The translations under genes were made by a program, and so were the position numbers. Below are positions 27,417 through 29,870 of a stretch of 29,870 nucleotides of DNA, piece after piece (within the stretch, counting starts at the first letter, position 1; every line of letters starts with the position of its first letter). The stretch is from Planctomycetia bacterium (GTDB taxonomy: Bacteria; Planctomycetota; Planctomycetia; Pirellulales; UBA1268), in contig JBJTHX010000145.1 of NCBI GenBank assembly GCA_046094745.1, forward strand, positions 1 through 29,870, given 5' to 3'. The notes beneath the pieces are model-generated. The model had not been told where the DNA came from, did not search any database, and saw only the letters and a program-made list of their open reading frames with translations.

Positions 27417-28318
27417 GCCGATGGTGAGCGGCGGGCGAAGTCGCCGAGGTCGAGCGTGCGGCCGGAATCGTCGGTGCAGGTGAGACGGCCGCTCTCGAGC
27501 CCGCCCGGCGGCAGGGCGGCGGCGACACCGGCCGCGTCCAGTGTGTCCCGCAAGCGGCGGTGATGCCAGGCGGGCGAGTGGCACGTGAGCAAAACCGGCC
27601 CCGGCGGCGGAGCACCGCGGGCGGACAGGAGTCGCGCCACCGCGTGCACGAGGGGCACCATGTCGCGGTCGATCGCGAACGCCTCGCCGCGTGGGCCGTG
27701 TCCCCAGGAGGGTGGGTCGAGCACGGCGCCGGAGAACCGTTGGCCGCGGCGGGTCTGGCGGGCGACGAACATGGCCGCGTCCTCGCAGACCCAGCGGATC
27801 GGCAGATCGGCCAACCCCGAGGCCGCCGCGTTCCGGCGGGCCAGCGCGATCGCCTGCTTCGACGCATCGACGTGCACGACCTCCGCGCCCGCGGCGGCCA
27901 TCGCCAGCGAGGCGGCGCCGGAGTGGGCGAACAGCGAGAGCATCACGCCCCCCCGGGGCGTCGTGCCGGCGAGCCACCGCCACTGCTCGACCTGCTCGAG
28001 AAAGACACCGATCTGGCCGGAAGGCGCCGGTCGCACCTCGAGCGCGAGCGCCGCGGGGCCGACGGGCACGTGCACGCGCCAGGGGTCGGGCAGGGGGGCA
28101 TTGAACGCCCAGCCTCCCCGGTCACCGGCAGGGGGGCGGTACACGGCCGCCGCCCCCGGCCAGGCCGCGGGCCGCCGCCGCCCGGCGTCCGCTTGCGGCA
28201 GCGGCCGGTCCACGAGCAGGCCCCCCAGCCGCTCCAGGCGGCGACCGGCCCCCGCGGAATCGACGCCGAAATCGACGAGGGCGGGGTCCCGCAACTTTTC
28301 ATCGGTCGGGCCGTTCAT
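27413..28318 (-). CDS. Class I SAM-dependent methyltransferase, RlmI/RlmK-like
   Basis: Motif I LSLFAHSGAASL, VHVDAS, WVCEDA and motif IV VLDPPSWG. Stop overlaps the TrmH-family ATG (ATGA). Confidence 0.88.
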   Translation of the reverse strand: MNGPTDEKLRDPALVDFGVDSAGAGRRLERLGGLLVDRPLPQADAGRRRPAAWPGAAAVYRPPAGDRGGWAFNAPLPDPWRVHVPVGPAALALEVRPAPSGQIGVFLEQVEQWRWLAGTTPRGGVMLSLFAHSGAASLAMAAAGAEVVHVDASKQAIALARRNAAASGLADLPIRWVCEDAAMFVARQTRRGQRFSGAVLDPPSWGHGPRGEAFAIDRDMVPLVHAVARLLSARGAPPPGPVLLTCHSPAWHHRRLRDTLDAAGVAAALPPGGLESGRLTCTDDSGRTLDLGDFARRSPSA

Positions 28319-28397
28319 ACCACAAGCAGGATACCCCCGGCAGCACCGCCGGGCGTGCCCAACCGCCCGCCCCCTTTTCCTTTCCAGGAGTCTCGCC

Positions 28398-29093
28398 ATG
28401 CGTCGTCGTGCGTCGCCGGTGTTCTTCGGGGCCGCATCCGCGGCCTGCCTGCTGGCTCTCGGCTGGTCCCCGGCCGCCCATGCCGCGTCCGCGGCCGGTC
28501 CTCTCGATCGCCTCGTGGCCACCTGGATGGGCGTGGTCGCCGTGATCGGGGCCGACGAGGAGGCTGAAGAGGACGTGCCGCTCGCCGAACCCGAAGACGA
28601 GCGGACGTTCGAGATCGACGAAGCCGATGCGGATGATCGGCCGCCTCGCGAGCATCGCCGCCGCGACGGCCATCCGCACGGTCCGTGGCACCACCACGGC
28701 ATGGGGCCCGAGCGGATGGGGCCGCCCGGCGGGCCGGACATGCACCGGGCCGCCATGCGGGCGTTGCACGAGATCATGCGGCGGCTCGGTCGCATCGAGC
28801 GGAAACTCGGCATCGAGAGTGGGCCGCCGTCCCGCCCCGAGGGCGAGCGGCCGCGGCGCCCCCGGCCCGAGATGGACCGGCCGCGCGGGCCCGGAGCCGC
28901 CGCAGGGCCACGCGAGCGGCTCGACATTCCCGAAGACGTCCGCCGCCGGATGGAAGAGCGGATGCAGGAGGGGCGGCGTCGGATGGAGGAGGCGAAGGAG
29001 CGGATGGACGAGGCGCGGCGGAAGTTCCGCGATATGGAGGAGCGGATCAGGCAACTCGAGGCCGAGGTGGCCCGGCTCAAGGGAGGCCCGTGA
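28398..29093 (+). CDS. Secreted low-complexity charged protein with a His/Met cluster and a C-terminal E/R helix (231 aa)
   Basis: AGGAG at 28386-28390; signal peptide ending in AHA; acidic tract, HPHGPWHHHGMG, then RRRMEERMQEGRRRMEEAKERMDEARRKFRDMEERIRQLE. Confidence 0.8.
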   Translation: MRRRASPVFFGAASAACLLALGWSPAAHAASAAGPLDRLVATWMGVVAVIGADEEAEEDVPLAEPEDERTFEIDEADADDRPPREHRRRDGHPHGPWHHHGMGPERMGPPGGPDMHRAAMRALHEIMRRLGRIERKLGIESGPPSRPEGERPRRPRPEMDRPRGPGAAAGPRERLDIPEDVRRRMEERMQEGRRRMEEAKERMDEARRKFRDMEERIRQLEAEVARLKGGP

Positions 29094-29117
29094 ACCGGGC
29101 GAACCGCGGCGCGGACG

Positions 29118-29870
29118 TCACGGCACCGCGGCGATCCAGCCCTCGAGCGGGTCGAGGTTCGGCGGCAGGCCGAGCCGCGGTGCCCGCAGCGCATGGCACG
29201 CCTGCAGGCCGCAGATCACCGCATCAAGCAGGTCGCCCGAGCCGTCGGCCACCATCCGCCGCCGCCAGCCAGCGGGAATTTCCGCCACCACGGCGAGGCC
29301 CGCCGTGCCCGCTTCGATCGCGCGGAGGATCTCCCGCCGCCGCGCGCGGCGATCGGCCGTCTGCTTGGCGGACGCGTCGCTCTTGTAGGAGAGCCTCGTC
29401 ACCCGGCGGGCCGTGCATCCGGGGTAGGCCTCGAAGGCGACGCGGGCCGCACGGCCCAGCCGGCTGCGGCTGCGGGTGCGCCGCGGGTGATCATGGGCCG
29501 GGAAGGTCAGACCGGCGGCCAGCATCCGCCCGATGCCGGCGTGCATCATCCAGGCCACCGGCGGATTGGCCCAGCGCATCGCCGGGCTCGAGCCGGCCGG
29601 CTTGTCGGTGGCCCGCCAGGCGAACTTGTCGCCCGCGGGTCGCGCGTCGCACCAGCGTTTGAACGTGCGCCGCAGCCGCTCCCGCGGACGGCGGCAGTAG
29701 AAGTCGACGAACGCAGGCCAGGCGGTCGGCCAGCCCTCGTGTTCGATGAGCTGCCGCGGCTGTCCGAAAGGGAGGTCGAATCCGCCGATCCACGGCTCCG
29801 CGTCGTCGGCCAGAAAGGCCTCGAAGGCGGGCAGGCTCTCCAGGCCGCGAATCTCCTCGACCCGGTACAC
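29118..29870 (-). CDS. DUF429-family protein (predicted RNase H-like nuclease), 5'-partial at the window edge
   Basis: GGFDLPFG.P, WRATD, FEAYPG, YKSD and GDLLDAVICGLQA are typical DUF429 motifs. Confidence 0.8.
   Translation of the reverse strand: MYRVEEIRGLESLPAFEAFLADDAEPWIGGFDLPFGQPRQLIEHEGWPTAWPAFVDFYCRRPRERLRRTFKRWCDARPAGDKFAWRATDKPAGSSPAMRWANPPVAWMMHAGIGRMLAAGLTFPAHDHPRRTRSRSRLGRAARVAFEAYPGCTARRVTRLSYKSDASAKQTADRRARRREILRAIEAGTAGLAVVAEIPAGWRRRMVADGSGDLLDAVICGLQACHALRAPRLGLPPNLDPLEGWIAAVP

Overview
High-GC window that reads as ordinary planctomycete chromosome (taxonomy inferred from gene content and protein style). It holds about 26 genes: a lnt 3' fragment, a membrane-anchored coiled-coil protein, an unannotated 48-aa membrane protein, mtfA, a PQQ-type beta-propeller, a ~1341-aa hypothetical, alaA, a lipB-like gene and lipA, a basic histone-like protein, a HEAT/receiver-like protein paired with a sensor-less sigma-54 activator, a degenerate LytS-type kinase, argH, dinG, DUF1080 plus a sodium:solute symporter, glgA, two RNA methyltransferases and a partial DUF429 gene. 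I saw no rRNA, tRNA, CRISPR array, transposase or recombinase. Three sequence-level anomalies stand out. (1) A 28-bp segment at 6699-6726, flanked by 9-bp inverted repeats, appears inverted inside the large hypothetical gene; flipping it back removes the only in-frame stop. (2) Bases 1-188 are a near-perfect inverted copy of 651-838 fused into lnt. (3) A cluster of substitutions in the conserved argH motif all read G on the + strand. Items 2 and 3 look like amplification or sequencing artefacts, which also weakens a biological reading of item 1. The best biological leads are a possible phosphorylation-independent signalling trio (11894-16756), a lipB paralogue lacking its catalytic residues, and several apparently leaderless promoters. 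All family assignments come from motif recognition, not from database searches.
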